Source: an uncultured delta proteobacterium
GTDB taxonomy: Bacteria; Myxococcota_A; Polyangia; Fen-1088
Assembly: GCA_963796685.1 (NCBI GenBank)
Contig: CAWCMR010000011.1
Location: 32,001 to 96,000, forward strand
Reading direction: 5' to 3'
Length of the DNA stretch: 64,000 nucleotides
The notes beneath the pieces are model-generated. The model was not told where the DNA came from. It made no database searches and saw only the letters and a list, made by a program, of their open reading frames with translations. This document shows positions 22,076 through 32,349 of the stretch, piece by piece. A program made the translations under genes and the position numbers. How positions within the stretch are numbered: the first letter of the stretch is position 1; the number at the start of each line of letters is the position of its first letter.

Positions 22076-23059
22076 ATGACAGCGAGACTATCAGTCCAAT
22101 GGTTGGTGAGCATCATCGCAGCCTCGGCGCTGGCGAGCTGCTCGGGCAGTACTAGGTCGGGCTACCTTTCCGACGGGAGCACCGGCGCTCAAACCGGCGA
22201 TGCAGCCAGGGACGTAAAGGGCACGCTTGGCGGCTCTGGCGGAGGCGCCGGTGTGGGCGGCGTCACTGGCACGGGCGGCGCGGGCGGCGCAGCCAGCGGA
22301 GGAAGCACCGGTCACGGTGGCGCAAGTGGCGGCTCGGGCGGCTCGGTCATCGACGCCCCTATCGCGGGGGAAGCGGGCAGCGATGCCCCTTTGGGCGGTG
22401 GCGGATCCGGCGGTAGCGGGACCGGCGGCACGACCACGACGTGTGCGTTGCGGGGTGAGGCCTGCGCCGCCAGGTCGTGCTGTGTACCTCTGATTTGCAG
22501 CAACGCAACGGGGGTCCCGACTTGTCTCGAGAGTTACCCACCACCCGCGGACAGCGGCGCCGAGGCCGGGAGCACCGGTGGCTTAGGGGGCGGCACCGGC
22601 GGTACGGGCGGCAGCGGCGGCGCGACCGGGACGGGTGGAACAGGTGGCAGCGGCGGCGCGACCGGGACGGGTGGAACGGGTGGCAGCGGCGGCGCGACCG
22701 GGACGGGTGGAACAGGCGGCAGCGGCGGCTACGCGGGCGTGGATTGCGGAGGCTTCACCTGCACCTCCGGCAAGATTTGCTGTGTCAGCCAAATGCTCGC
22801 CTACCTGTCCTGCACCCCCTCGACATCGTGTAGCGACTTCCTGGTGACCTGCGACGGTCCCGAGGACTGCGGCGGAGCCGGCCACCAGTGCTGCCTGCCC
22901 TCGGGCGCGCTCATCCAGACCACCTGCACCACCGGAAGCTGTCTCGCCGGACTCGCGATGTGCCACACCGCCGCCGACTGTGAGCAAGGTCAAACATGCT
23001 GTCCCGGCAACCTTATGGGCTACGCGTACAGCTCGTGCCAATCGGGCACGTGCAACTGA
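22076..23059 (+). CDS. Gly-rich/Cys-rich lipoprotein
   Basis: LASC lipobox, 36-bp GSGGATGTGGTG repeats, CDGPEDC...CC domain. Confidence 0.7.
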   Translation: MTARLSVQWLVSIIAASALASCSGSTRSGYLSDGSTGAQTGDAARDVKGTLGGSGGGAGVGGVTGTGGAGGAASGGSTGHGGASGGSGGSVIDAPIAGEAGSDAPLGGGGSGGSGTGGTTTTCALRGEACAARSCCVPLICSNATGVPTCLESYPPPADSGAEAGSTGGLGGGTGGTGGSGGATGTGGTGGSGGATGTGGTGGSGGATGTGGTGGSGGYAGVDCGGFTCTSGKICCVSQMLAYLSCTPSTSCSDFLVTCDGPEDCGGAGHQCCLPSGALIQTTCTTGSCLAGLAMCHTAADCEQGQTCCPGNLMGYAYSSCQSGTCN

Positions 23060-23529
23060 TTCGGACAGCGGCGCCCAGTACCTTCACGTGCGACGGATTC
23101 CTTAACGGACTTCAATTGTGACAGAGGAGGTGGGCGCGGAAATCGCAAGGCACGCGTCTCTTCTCCCATTTCAGCCTGTCCGAGGACGAGAGCAGCTCCG
23201 ACGTAAGCCACGCAAATGAAAACCAGGGCGAAGACAGCGCGTCGGGACCGTCGCACGATGATCATCCAGAGCGCCGGTATGGTCGCCACCGCAACGACGG
23301 CTTCAGCGAAGGCCGTCCAAGCGTACACCTCTGGATTCGAGTACCTCCAGCCACCGTGACTCATCATCGACTCCGAACCGAAGTCGTAGCTCGCGATGTG
23401 GGCGGAGCTTCGAGTGACGATGATCGTCGACCATTCGCTGAGCATGGTTACCGCGAACAGCACGGCGACGCTGATGATCACGATCGCGAGAGCGACGCGC
23501 GAATATGAAGCTTTCTCCGAGGATCCCAT
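23020..23529 (-). CDS. Hypothetical membrane protein (about 3 TM), cassette-like
   Basis: Hydrophobic segments; ATG directly follows an attC 3' half; true 3' end uncertain because it overlaps the convergent gene. Confidence 0.5.
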   Translation of the reverse strand: MGSSEKASYSRVALAIVIISVAVLFAVTMLSEWSTIIVTRSSAHIASYDFGSESMMSHGGWRYSNPEVYAWTAFAEAVVAVATIPALWMIIVRRSRRAVFALVFICVAYVGAALVLGQAEMGEETRALRFPRPPPLSQLKSVKESVAREGTGRRCPNQLHVPDWHELYA

Positions 23530-23534
23530 CGTCT

Positions 23535-23620
23535 GTCGAACGCTTTGCCGTTCAGCGGTGTAGACGCCGCCAGCCGACGCCGCGATTCTACGCCGATGTC
23601 CCTGCGGCGACCACATCAAT
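23535..23620 (-). other. Isolated attC 3' half (L'-R')
   Basis: Minus strand CCGCTGAACGGCAAAGCGTTCGAC; similar to 50609-50690. Confidence 0.55.
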
Positions 23621-23665
23621 CAATGCCCACCATACCCGCCGCTGGCCGTCGTGCTACGATTGGAC

Positions 23666-24316
23666 ATGCGCTTCTTGAGGTTGCTTGGCCTCCTTGGCAC
23701 AGTGTCTGTCGTTGCCCAGGCCTGCACCTCGACATCTGGGCAACTGCCTGCCAGGGATGGGGCCATGGATCATACGGCTACAGGAGACGCGGGGGAGGCG
23801 GGGTCTGGCGCCATGGACAGCGGGCCTGTTGCCTGTGGCAACGGGGACAATACCTACTGCGCGACCCGAGTCTTTGCGACTGCGGTTGACGCTGGCCCGG
23901 CGTGCGTCGGCAGTCACCTGAACTGCGATGGCATGGAATCATACGTGGACATCATTGGAGACGGCGCTCCGATTCGTCTCGCGTACCCGATGGACTCGAG
24001 TTGTGGAACCTGCGGAACCACGAGCTGCCAGATCTGGGGAAGGTACGCTACCTGCTGCAGCTCTTGCGAGGTGACGTTCGCGGCGTGCGCCGGTCCCGAC
24101 GGCGCGGGGCCGTGCCTCGATTTCCACGATTGCGGTCGCTACGTTGACCGAGACGGCAAGACCTGGATGGCCACTTTGGTGCCTGTGTCCTTGGACGGCA
24201 ATGCACCCCTCGACATTCAGGCGACGGTGATCATCACGGACGGAACGACCACGCGATCTCTGTCCACACACATCCACATCTGCGGCTCTACCGACTATTG
24301 CCTGATCCTCTGCTAG
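23666..24316 (+). CDS. Cys-rich lipoprotein
   Basis: Signal peptide ending AQAC, many Cys. Confidence 0.6.
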   Translation: MRFLRLLGLLGTVSVVAQACTSTSGQLPARDGAMDHTATGDAGEAGSGAMDSGPVACGNGDNTYCATRVFATAVDAGPACVGSHLNCDGMESYVDIIGDGAPIRLAYPMDSSCGTCGTTSCQIWGRYATCCSSCEVTFAACAGPDGAGPCLDFHDCGRYVDRDGKTWMATLVPVSLDGNAPLDIQATVIITDGTTTRSLSTHIHICGSTDYCLILC

Positions 24317-24923
24317 ATTCAGGCGCCTGGCGCAGCAGTCTCACGTCCCCCCCGCGATCGATCCACTTCGGAACGCTCGTGGCCTTGTAACCTTCAAGAA
24401 GTCGGAGCAACAGAGCTGGGTCCTGCTCCAAGAAGGCCATCTGCCGATGTTCGGGTCGGAGAAAGCGCTGGGACACGAGGATGTCCAGAAATTGGAGCAA
24501 GGGCGCGAAGAAATCCTGAGCACCAAGGAGCCCCAAAGGTTTCTGGTGGAGCCCAAGTTGTGCCCAGGTCCACATCTCAAAGAACTCCTCGAGAGTACCG
24601 AGGCCGCCAGGCATCGCGATGAAAGCGTCCGCGAGCTCGGCCATCATTCCCTTCCGCTCGTGCATGCTCGAAACCACGTGCAGCTCGGTCAGCGCATCGT
24701 GCGCAACGTTCTTCTCCACGAGTGCACGCGGGACAACACCAATGACCTTGCCGCCAGCGGCAAGCACGGAGTCGGCGAGCGCGCCCATGAGCCCCACTTT
24801 CGCGCCGCCATACACGAGCACTCGGTTGGTTTCGGCAATGACCTGCCCGAGCGCTCTCGCGCTGGCCATGAAGAGTGGGTCGGCACCCGGACTTGAACCG
24901 CAATAGACGCATATGCTTCGCAT
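24288..24923 (-). CDS. LOG family (TIGR00730) nucleotide phosphoribohydrolase
   Basis: CVYCGSS, VYGGAKVGLMG, MHERK, PGGLGTLEE; true stop is probably 24341 (extra G in a G7 run). Confidence 0.92.
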   Translation of the reverse strand: MRSICVYCGSSPGADPLFMASARALGQVIAETNRVLVYGGAKVGLMGALADSVLAAGGKVIGVVPRALVEKNVAHDALTELHVVSSMHERKGMMAELADAFIAMPGGLGTLEEFFEMWTWAQLGLHQKPLGLLGAQDFFAPLLQFLDILVSQRFLRPEHRQMAFLEQDPALLLRLLEGYKATSVPKWIDRGGDVRLLRQAPESSRGSGNSR

Positions 24924-24937
24924 GGAATTGCCCGTGG

Positions 24938-25345
24938 CTAGGTTCGCGGAAGGACCTCAGCGCCGGTGAGTCCTAGGTGATGGTCGGTTCCCCACACCTT
25001 TCGGATCTTGTGACGTTCCATCAGGCTGAGGCTCGAGGCGTCTACGTAGGTGAGCTTGGCGCCACGGAGGCGGTCAAGCATTTGAAGCGTCTCTCTGTGG
25101 TGGCTCATGTCCACGTCGAAGATGCGAAGACCATCCAGGTTGTCGAGGAATGCTCGGAGGGCTCGAGCCGCCTCCTCTCCGTGCCGGTGGACGAACCACG
25201 AGTAGGCCTCGGACACAACGAGAAAGGACGTGCTCCAGCGTGCCTTTCCCAGGGCAAAGAGTGTAGTAGCTTGGTCGTGCCATTGGTCGCGTGCATTCAG
25301 GAACGCGATCAGAATTCCGGAGTCGAGAAAGACCGACTCGCTCAC
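24938..25345 (-). CDS. vapC: VapC PIN-domain toxin
   Basis: VFLDSG, VVSEAY, LTYVDASS, GTDHH. Confidence 0.88.
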   Translation of the reverse strand: MSESVFLDSGILIAFLNARDQWHDQATTLFALGKARWSTSFLVVSEAYSWFVHRHGEEAARALRAFLDNLDGLRIFDVDMSHHRETLQMLDRLRGAKLTYVDASSLSLMERHKIRKVWGTDHHLGLTGAEVLPRT

Positions 25346-25569
25346 GGCCGATCCCGCCCGTATACGACTGCGTCCACCGAGGTGCTGTCCTCAGGACTCC
25401 CCTCGACGATCCCAGCGTATTTCATCCACGGCTTGTCACTCGGCTGCCGCGCTACTGCCTCCTCGAGGCCGCGTCGGCACAACTCAGCCAGAGATATGCC
25501 CTGACGACGGGCCGTCGCCTTCGCCTTGGCATAGAGAGACGCGTCCACCGATATCTGCGTCCTAATCAT
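25342..25569 (-). CDS. RHH/CopG antitoxin (VapB)
   Basis: MIRTQISVD...GISLAELCRRG; 4-bp overlap with the toxin gene. Confidence 0.85.
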   Translation of the reverse strand: MIRTQISVDASLYAKAKATARRQGISLAELCRRGLEEAVARQPSDKPWMKYAGIVEGSPEDSTSVDAVVYGRDRP

Positions 25570-25571
25570 GA

Positions 25572-25594
25572 TATCACCCTACCACATGGTGATA
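25572..25594 (-). promoter_or_regulatory. Inverted-repeat operator TATCACC-N9-GGTGATA over the TA promoter
   Basis: Perfect 7-bp inverted repeat immediately upstream of the antitoxin ATG. Confidence 0.55.
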
Positions 25595-25765
25595 ACACCG
25601 TCCAGACCCGTCGCGCGACGATACACCAATGCCCTAGACGATGTTCGAGGGTCTGGCCAGCGAGGCACGGCCAGCGGTATGCGGCCAGGGAACCAACCCA
25701 AGCCTGCTCGTCGGCAGGAACGCTCGCCTCTGTTGCTGCTTTGCGAGTGGGTGCAGCCTTCCACC

Positions 25766-26330
25766 GGAAATACGCGACTCGCTCGGAGGGCGAAACGCCG
25801 AAGCTCGGGGCAATGTCGTGAGAAGGGTCGAGCATGTAATTCGAATACTCCGCGATGGGTGTCGTCTCGCCACTCACGAGGTCGGCGTACACGAGCTCGG
25901 CCGCGCCGTTGTCCTTGGCTTGGAAGGCGAAGGCGCGTCGCTTGTCGCGGAACACGTAGACCCCGCGCAGGCCCGGCACGCTGATGACGTGGTCGCCATC
26001 GTCGACGAGCAAGGCCAGATCGGGATCGAGCCGATTGGCGGCATTGTTGCTGGACCCCGAGTAGGGCACCTGCTCCCAGGTATTCGCGAGCAGGCTGCCG
26101 TCGCGCAGCGAGTAGAGCGGCCCGTTCGTAAACACGCCGACCGTGAACCGGCCGCCGGCATAGCCGTCGAGCGCCGGCCAGAGACCACCGGAGACGCTGC
26201 CTGCGTACGACGGCAGCGCCTGCTCGAACCGGCGATGACCGCGCAAATCAACGGTTTGGAAGCTGGCATCGACCTGCCAAACCAACGTGGCGTCGTTCCG
26301 CGCGGGCGAGCACGATGGCACGCTTACTTC
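25766..26330 (-). pseudogene. 565-bp internal fragment duplicated from the 40062-41708 gene
   Basis: Colinear with 40523-41087 apart from scattered substitutions; no start or stop of its own. Confidence 0.9.
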
Positions 26331-26341
26331 TGGTTGACTGG

Positions 26342-27465
26342 CTAAGGATCCGGAATCGCCACCGTGCCCCAGCAGACCACGTCGCCGCTCGGGCGCAGGC
26401 CGCAGGTGAAATCTTCGTTGATGGCGATTTGGACGAAGGTGCCCACCGGCGGTGAGGTCTCGCCGTAGCGGCCATCCCCCCAGCAGGCGGCGGTGCCGTC
26501 GTCGCGTATCCCGCACCCGGTCCAGAACCCGGCAGAGACCTGGGTGAAGAGCCCTGACGGAACCGGCACCGACGTGTCACCCCAACAGGTGGCCGTGCCG
26601 TCGGTGCGGACGCCGCACGCCCGCATGGTTCCGACCGAGATTCGTTTGAAGGTGCCGGCCGGCGTCGGCACCGAGCTCTCGCCCCAGCAGGTCACGGTAC
26701 CATCGGCATGGAGCCCACAGGCGTTCCACTCGCCCGACGAGATCTGGACGAACGTCTCGTTCGGGACCTGGCCCACGTCGAAGCTCAAGTCTCCCCAACA
26801 CACGACGCTGCCGTCGCTATGAAGCCCGCAGGCGTGGGCCAGCCCCGCAGCGACCTGGGTGAAGGTCCCGGCGGGCGGATCAATGACTCCCCCGTAGTCG
26901 TGACCCCAGCAGGCAATCGTGCCGTCGTTGCGCACGCCACAACTGTAGCTGTCACCATCCGACACCTGGATGAACGAGGGCTCCGTCGGGGTGTAGCCCG
27001 GTCCCTGGTACTCTCCCCAGCAGTAGAGCGTGCCGTCGGACCGCAACCCACACGTGTGGTCGAAGCTGGTGAAGGGCCCTGGCCGAGGCGCGCATTCGGC
27101 ACTGTCGTTGTTTCCCCAGCAGGTCGCGGTACCGTCGCCGAGCGGCCCGCACGCGAAGCCCTCGCCGGCCACTACCTGAGCATAAGGCCCCATGCCCGCC
27201 GGAGGCTGGGCCGGATCGCTGCCCCAACAAGTGACGGTGCCGTCCGCGCGCCGACCGCAGGCCAGCGAACTTCCCGTCGACAGCTCGACGAATGCTCCCG
27301 CGGCCGGCTGGCCCAGCAAGGTGTCGGTGTTGTCGGGCGCCACCCAACACTGGGCGGTTCCATCGGGGCGCAGGCCGCACGCATAGCCATCTCCGGAGTA
27401 CACGTGCACGAAAGGGCCCGGATCGGTGAAGTCGTGCCAGCCGTTGAACGATGGCCGCCTCGCAT
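26342..27465 (-). CDS. RCC1/BLIP-II repeat beta-propeller protein (5' end truncated or frameshifted)
   Basis: Repeated F.QVSAG...CG.R.DGT..CWG units; the ATG at 27465 with RBS is out of frame. Confidence 0.7.
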
Positions 27466-27498
27466 GTATTCCTCCACGTAGCTGGCCGCCAGCAGTTG

Positions 27499-29229
27499 CT
27501 AGAAAGGTATCGTGCTTGTCTGCCATCCGTTTTCTTGGATCGCCTTCTCGACGTACGGATTGGCGATGAGATACAGGGCCAGGAGCTTGGTTTCGCGATC
27601 GAGCGGGATCTCGATAACCCGGGCCCCGAGCGGCAGGTCGGCAGGTCGAGCATCGATGAGCCGAAACCGGCGCAGGTCCAGCGGTTGCGCCAGGTCTGGC
27701 TTCCAGGACGCAGGCACCACCCAAGGATGACCCACGACCAGGTTCACCCCGCGGCGAAGCAGGTGGCGAAAAGACGCCGTCCGCTCGTGACCAGGTTGGG
27801 TCTTGAACGGTATCCCCTCGCGCGCGATCACAGGATCGCTCAACCCAAACATGTCGACGGTTCGCAGCCTGGAGAGATAAGGGATGGCTCCGGCAGCGCA
27901 CACCGCGAGCGTCACCTCATCCGCGTGGCCGTGGAAGGCGTCGCCCAGGACCTCGCCGATCCGTTCCCATCGGTGCACGGTCAGGTGCTTGGTGAGCCCC
28001 TTGATCGACTCGATTCCCGCCACGTACTTGAAGGTCTTCTGGTGGTGCAGCGAGCCGGTCACCGACAGTGCGACGATCAGCCCGGCTGTGGCCCAGACCA
28101 ACGGGCGCTTCCGCAAGCAGCGGGCCGGCACCGTCACCGCGCAAATGGTCCAGAACGGCAGTAGCGGAACCATGAGTCGAAACTCCATGAAGTCTCCGCC
28201 GACCCCGATCACATAGGCAACCCAAAGCACGCAGGTTATCGCCAGCGGCAGGATTCCGCGCACGCGGATCAGTCGCGGTGACAGGACGAGGACGAGGAGA
28301 GCTGGCGGCAGCAACCAATACGACCTGACGAATTCGCGCGCGAACCGGCCACCTTGCGCGATGGTTGAGCTGACCGGACCGCCGGTCTTTGCGTCAAAGG
28401 TCAACGGGAACAAAGCACCGTAGTAGGCCAGTTTCCAGGCAAACCACGAGCCCAGGATGAGCAGCGCAGGCAGGAACAGCGCGAGCATCAGTCTCGGGCG
28501 AGCTGGCGTAGCATCAGCGCCACGATCCGAACGGAGCCATCGCCAGGCCAGTGCCCCGGCGGGGGCGATCAGCAGGACCGCAGAATCCAATCGGGTCAGT
28601 AGCGCCACCGTCGCGACCACGGAAAAACCTGCCAAATCCACCGCACGTAGTCGCTCGCGGTCGAGCGCAACCTGAGCAACGTAGGCGGCCAGCAGCGTGC
28701 TCGATGTCTGCAATGATGTCTCGAGTCCCCCCGTCCCGTAAACGCTGAAGGTGTAGTTGAGTCCCACCATGGCCATCGCCACCAGAGCCCAGAAGGAGGA
28801 CCTCAGCAGTCGTCGCGCGAGCCAATACGTGATCGCCAGGCTGGCGCAGTAGCAGACCAGGCCGCAAAGCTGCGACCAGAAGACGATCGGCACCCGAAGA
28901 CGCAGTCCCGCCGCCATCAGTAGCGTCCACAGGAAATTCGTATACCCTTCGACGCGCTCGCCGGGATTGAAGACGATCCCGCGACCTTCCACGAGATTGC
29001 GTGCGTAGCGGAAAGAGATGAACGCGTCGTCCAGGATGAAGCGTCGGCTCCATGCCAAGAACCCGAGCAGGGCGATCGCCGCCCAGGCGGCGAAGGCGGT
29101 GGAATCCCGGGCCCCCGGCCGCGACGAGTCGGGCGCCAGGCTGGTCGGAACGCCATCCCCGGTGGGAGCAGCCAGCGACTGTCCGTCACGAGGCCGGCCT
29201 GCAAACAGTCGCGAGAAGAAGCGCGGCAT
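27499..29229 (-). CDS. GT-C membrane glycosyltransferase (AftB-like)
   Basis: DDAFISFRYARNL..G.G.VFN.GERVEGYTN.LW, GLET, GGDFM..R, D..GL.D. Confidence 0.8.
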   Translation of the reverse strand: MPRFFSRLFAGRPRDGQSLAAPTGDGVPTSLAPDSSRPGARDSTAFAAWAAIALLGFLAWSRRFILDDAFISFRYARNLVEGRGIVFNPGERVEGYTNFLWTLLMAAGLRLRVPIVFWSQLCGLVCYCASLAITYWLARRLLRSSFWALVAMAMVGLNYTFSVYGTGGLETSLQTSSTLLAAYVAQVALDRERLRAVDLAGFSVVATVALLTRLDSAVLLIAPAGALAWRWLRSDRGADATPARPRLMLALFLPALLILGSWFAWKLAYYGALFPLTFDAKTGGPVSSTIAQGGRFAREFVRSYWLLPPALLVLVLSPRLIRVRGILPLAITCVLWVAYVIGVGGDFMEFRLMVPLLPFWTICAVTVPARCLRKRPLVWATAGLIVALSVTGSLHHQKTFKYVAGIESIKGLTKHLTVHRWERIGEVLGDAFHGHADEVTLAVCAAGAIPYLSRLRTVDMFGLSDPVIAREGIPFKTQPGHERTASFRHLLRRGVNLVVGHPWVVPASWKPDLAQPLDLRRFRLIDARPADLPLGARVIEIPLDRETKLLALYLIANPYVEKAIQENGWQTSTIPF

Positions 29230-29528
29230 GGAAGTAGAGCCCAAGATACCGGTTTCCGGACGCTCACGGAAGCTGACAGACAGGGTGCCATTTAGGAGAG
29301 GCGACGAGCAGCGACGGGGACGCGCTCCAGATGGCGTTTGGGAAGGGGGATGGGACCTTCGGGTGGCATGGAATCGGCGTGTGGGATATGTAGGCCAGGT
29401 GACATCCCGATATCGAACATCCGAAGTAGTCTTGCGTCTCCTGGAGGTCGCCATGCCCACATCGCTGTTGCTGCCCGTGGACAAAAGTTTGGGGAGGACG
29501 GGGGCCGAAGCGTACTGCGCGAGGGGTC

Positions 29529-30554
29529 GTGCTGTTCGTCCTCGTCGTTGGAGCGACCCTGGCCGGGATTGGCTGCAGCCAATCAGGTCTGCATGGTCGG
29601 GCGACGGACGCAACGGTGGGCGACGCGGTGTCAGGGGTGAGCCCTGGCGACGCGGGTGCTACTGACGGACTGCTGGTCATGGTGATTCCGCCTCCGAAAC
29701 CCTGTGTTTGCGGCGATGCCGTTCTTTGCCAGAGCCAAGCCTTTGGCCCGTACGAAGGGTGCGACGACGGCAATACCAAGAGCGGCGACGGGTGCGACAG
29801 CACATGTCACGTTGAACCGGGATGGGCCTGTCTTACCCTGGGACGGCCCTGCCAGCCAACCGCCACTGTCTACCAATGCGGGAATGGAATCCTGAGCCAC
29901 AATGAGGCCTGCGACGACGGCAATACGATGAGCGGCGACGGATGCTCCGGCGACTGCCTTACCATCGAAAGCGGTTGGCGCTGTCGCGTGCCTGGGCGTC
30001 CGTGTGTTCCTGTCTGTGGCGATGGCCTGCTCATCGGTGGCGAGGGCTGTGACGACGGCAATACCGTCAGCGGCGATGGCTGCGCGAGCATGTGCCAAGT
30101 CGAACCCGGCTTTGCTTGTCCTACGGTAGGTCTTCCATGCGTGTGGGCCTGTGGAGATCCGTTTCTCCACGCCGGAGCTTCGTGCGACGGGGGCAGCCAG
30201 CCCGTTTCCACATGCGGCGACGGCATCGCCACGCCCGACGAGGAATGCGACGACGGCAACGACCCGAGCAAGAGCCCGCACAACGACGATAGCGCGTACG
30301 GCGGCTGCACTACGGCTTGCACCTACGGCGCCTATTGCGGCGACGGGATCATCAACGGCCCGGAAGAGTGCGACGACGGTTCGGCCAATAACTGGGGCTA
30401 TGGCGAACCCGGCAGCTGCAGCTTCTCTTGCACCAAGTCCCACTACTGCGGCGACGGTATCGTCGATCCCGAGTACGGTGAGGATTGTGACATGGGCGAT
30501 TTGAACGGGCAAGCCGGGGAGATGTGTGACTATCAGTGCAATTACATAATCTAG
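29529..30554 (+). CDS. DUF4215 / myxobacterial Cys-rich repeat lipoprotein
   Basis: Repeated CGDG....E.CDDGN..SGDGC. Confidence 0.85.
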   Translation: MLFVLVVGATLAGIGCSQSGLHGRATDATVGDAVSGVSPGDAGATDGLLVMVIPPPKPCVCGDAVLCQSQAFGPYEGCDDGNTKSGDGCDSTCHVEPGWACLTLGRPCQPTATVYQCGNGILSHNEACDDGNTMSGDGCSGDCLTIESGWRCRVPGRPCVPVCGDGLLIGGEGCDDGNTVSGDGCASMCQVEPGFACPTVGLPCVWACGDPFLHAGASCDGGSQPVSTCGDGIATPDEECDDGNDPSKSPHNDDSAYGGCTTACTYGAYCGDGIINGPEECDDGSANNWGYGEPGSCSFSCTKSHYCGDGIVDPEYGEDCDMGDLNGQAGEMCDYQCNYII

Positions 30555-30595
30555 GATCATCTACCATCCATACCTCCGGCGTGATTGTGTAGTAC

Positions 30596-31141
30596 GTGCC
30601 CAAATTTCCGTGGCCGACTGGTGGCGAACGCATCAGTGCAACCGAAAAACTGAACCTGCTCTCCATCACCGGCGGCGTGCCCAAGTACCTGGAGGAAGTC
30701 GATCCCGGGTTTTCATCGGAGGAGAACATTCGCCGCCTGTGCTTTCAGCGGGAGGGCATCCTGTTTCGCGAGTTCGAGCAAATCTGGAGCGATGTGTTCG
30801 GCAAGCGGGCGGCGGGCTACAAGACCATCGTCGCGGCGTTGGCGCATGGCAGCCGGACGGTTCAGGAGCTGAGCGTGGCCTTGGGCAAGGAGCGCAGCGG
30901 CCACCTGAGCGACTACCTCGCCGACTTGGTCCTCGGAGGTTTCCTCGCGAAGGACACGGTGTTCGAGCCGGCTAGTGGACGCGATACACGTCTGCAAAGA
31001 TTCCGGCTGCGCGACAACTACGCGCGTTTCTATCTCCGCACCATCGCGCCCCGCCGCGACCTCTTGCTACGCACCAAGCACTCGCTCTACGTCGTGGAGA
31101 TCAAGCACCGCAAGACAATCGATCTCCCAAGGCGACCGTGA
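30596..31141 (+). pseudogene. Internal fragment of an archaeal-type AAA ATPase/DUF234 protein
   Basis: TGGVPKYL, wHTH region, FRLRDNYARFY fused directly to DLL...EIK; no Walker A. Confidence 0.7.
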
Positions 31142-31279
31142 CCACCTGCTTGCTAGCTGCTTTGCTGTCTATCTCGGACTGCGGTGGGATCGAGGAGGAT
31201 CAGACAGCGAAACCGTTCGAGGTCCCAACCGCGCGTTCGTCTGTGGTACGTGTGCTCGATCCGCAGGTGTCCAGGGACG

Positions 31280-31378
31280 ATCGTGGCAAACCGTCCCTTC
31301 TTCTACTTTCTTCGAGACGAACCCACCGGCGCCATTCTCTTCATGGGTCGAGTCATGGATCCAACGTCAGGGGCCTAA
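31280..31378 (+). pseudogene. Serpin C-terminal remnant
   Basis: ANRPFFYFLRDEPTGAILFMGRVMDP fits the serpin signature. Confidence 0.75.
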
Positions 31379-31786
31379 GTAGCTCTTGAACGATGGATGC
31401 AGATGTGGCTCGGCTCGGAAACCATGGCCCTCGAGGTTCTTCGGGTCAGTGCGAAACGCCGCGCGATCGAAAGAGCCGGGAGGGACAACTCGTTCGTACC
31501 GCGCCTGGGTGGCGAAGGGGGTAAGCGTGTCCAAGTCCGAGAATTGCCCAGGAAGAGGGCCGCAGGTTGCGGTCAATGCCTGGAAAAGGGTGTCGATGTC
31601 ATGCGTGAAGGGGTACTTGACGTTTTTCCGGATCAGCAGAGCCTTGGCGGCCTTCTCGACAGCTTGCTGGAGGTGGAGGCCGACGGTCTCGTCGTCCATG
31701 GCTGGCTTGGCCCCGGCCAGCACGACCGCGGCATTGAGATCGCCTTGCGCCTTCCTTCGCAAGATCTCGGCCACCGCCTTAGACAA
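31367..31786 (-). CDS. HEPN-domain toxin (C-terminus apparently replaced)
   Basis: KA..DL.AA, HLQQAVEK..KA.L, FTHDI, LTP.A..ARY; TTG start overlaps the MNT stop. Confidence 0.8.
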   Translation of the reverse strand: MSKAVAEILRRKAQGDLNAAVVLAGAKPAMDDETVGLHLQQAVEKAAKALLIRKNVKYPFTHDIDTLFQALTATCGPLPGQFSDLDTLTPFATQARYERVVPPGSFDRAAFRTDPKNLEGHGFRAEPHLHPSFKSYLGP

Positions 31787-32198
31787 GGCGAACGCCTTTC
31801 CTCGAAACTTCGTGCTGAATCGTTCCGTACTCGTTCTTCCAGCGGGCGAACGAAGCTTCATCCTCGACGACGAGGTCGAGACTTTTCCCGAAGCGCATGA
31901 GGCGGCGTAGCTCCGCCGTTTCCTTCAGCCAGTTGGCGACCGGCTTCCTTTTGATCACCAGGATGTCGATGTCGGAATCCGGCGTCGCCTCACCGCGAGC
32001 ATAAGAACCAAAAAGAAAGGCCTTGGCCTCGAGATCGCCCAGGGCCTCCTTGACCAGTGCGCGAATTTTGGGAATCTCCAACACGCCGGCCTTATGTCGC
32101 GCCCAGCGGGCCTTGGCCGCACGCCTGGCGATGCGCACGCGCTCTTCGTGCGCCAGCGCGCGAGATCTTGCAAGTCCGCCCAAGCGCGATCGGTCCAC
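31779..32198 (-). CDS. Minimal nucleotidyltransferase (MNT) antitoxin with basic N-terminal extension
   Basis: LFGSYARG...DSDIDILV. Confidence 0.88.
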   Translation of the reverse strand: MDRSRLGGLARSRALAHEERVRIARRAAKARWARHKAGVLEIPKIRALVKEALGDLEAKAFLFGSYARGEATPDSDIDILVIKRKPVANWLKETAELRRLMRFGKSLDLVVEDEASFARWKNEYGTIQHEVSRKGVRLV

Positions 32199-32349
32199 GC
32201 CAGCAGTTTACCGTGATGGCAAGCATAAGCAAGCATCCGCAAGAGCGGCTTGGTCACGAGGAGCGCGCCTGGAGCGCGCCCTTCTCGCTCTTGAGATCCG
32301 TGAGCGCGGCCTGCACGCATTTGGCGCCGCCAACGGGCGGTGCCGGACA

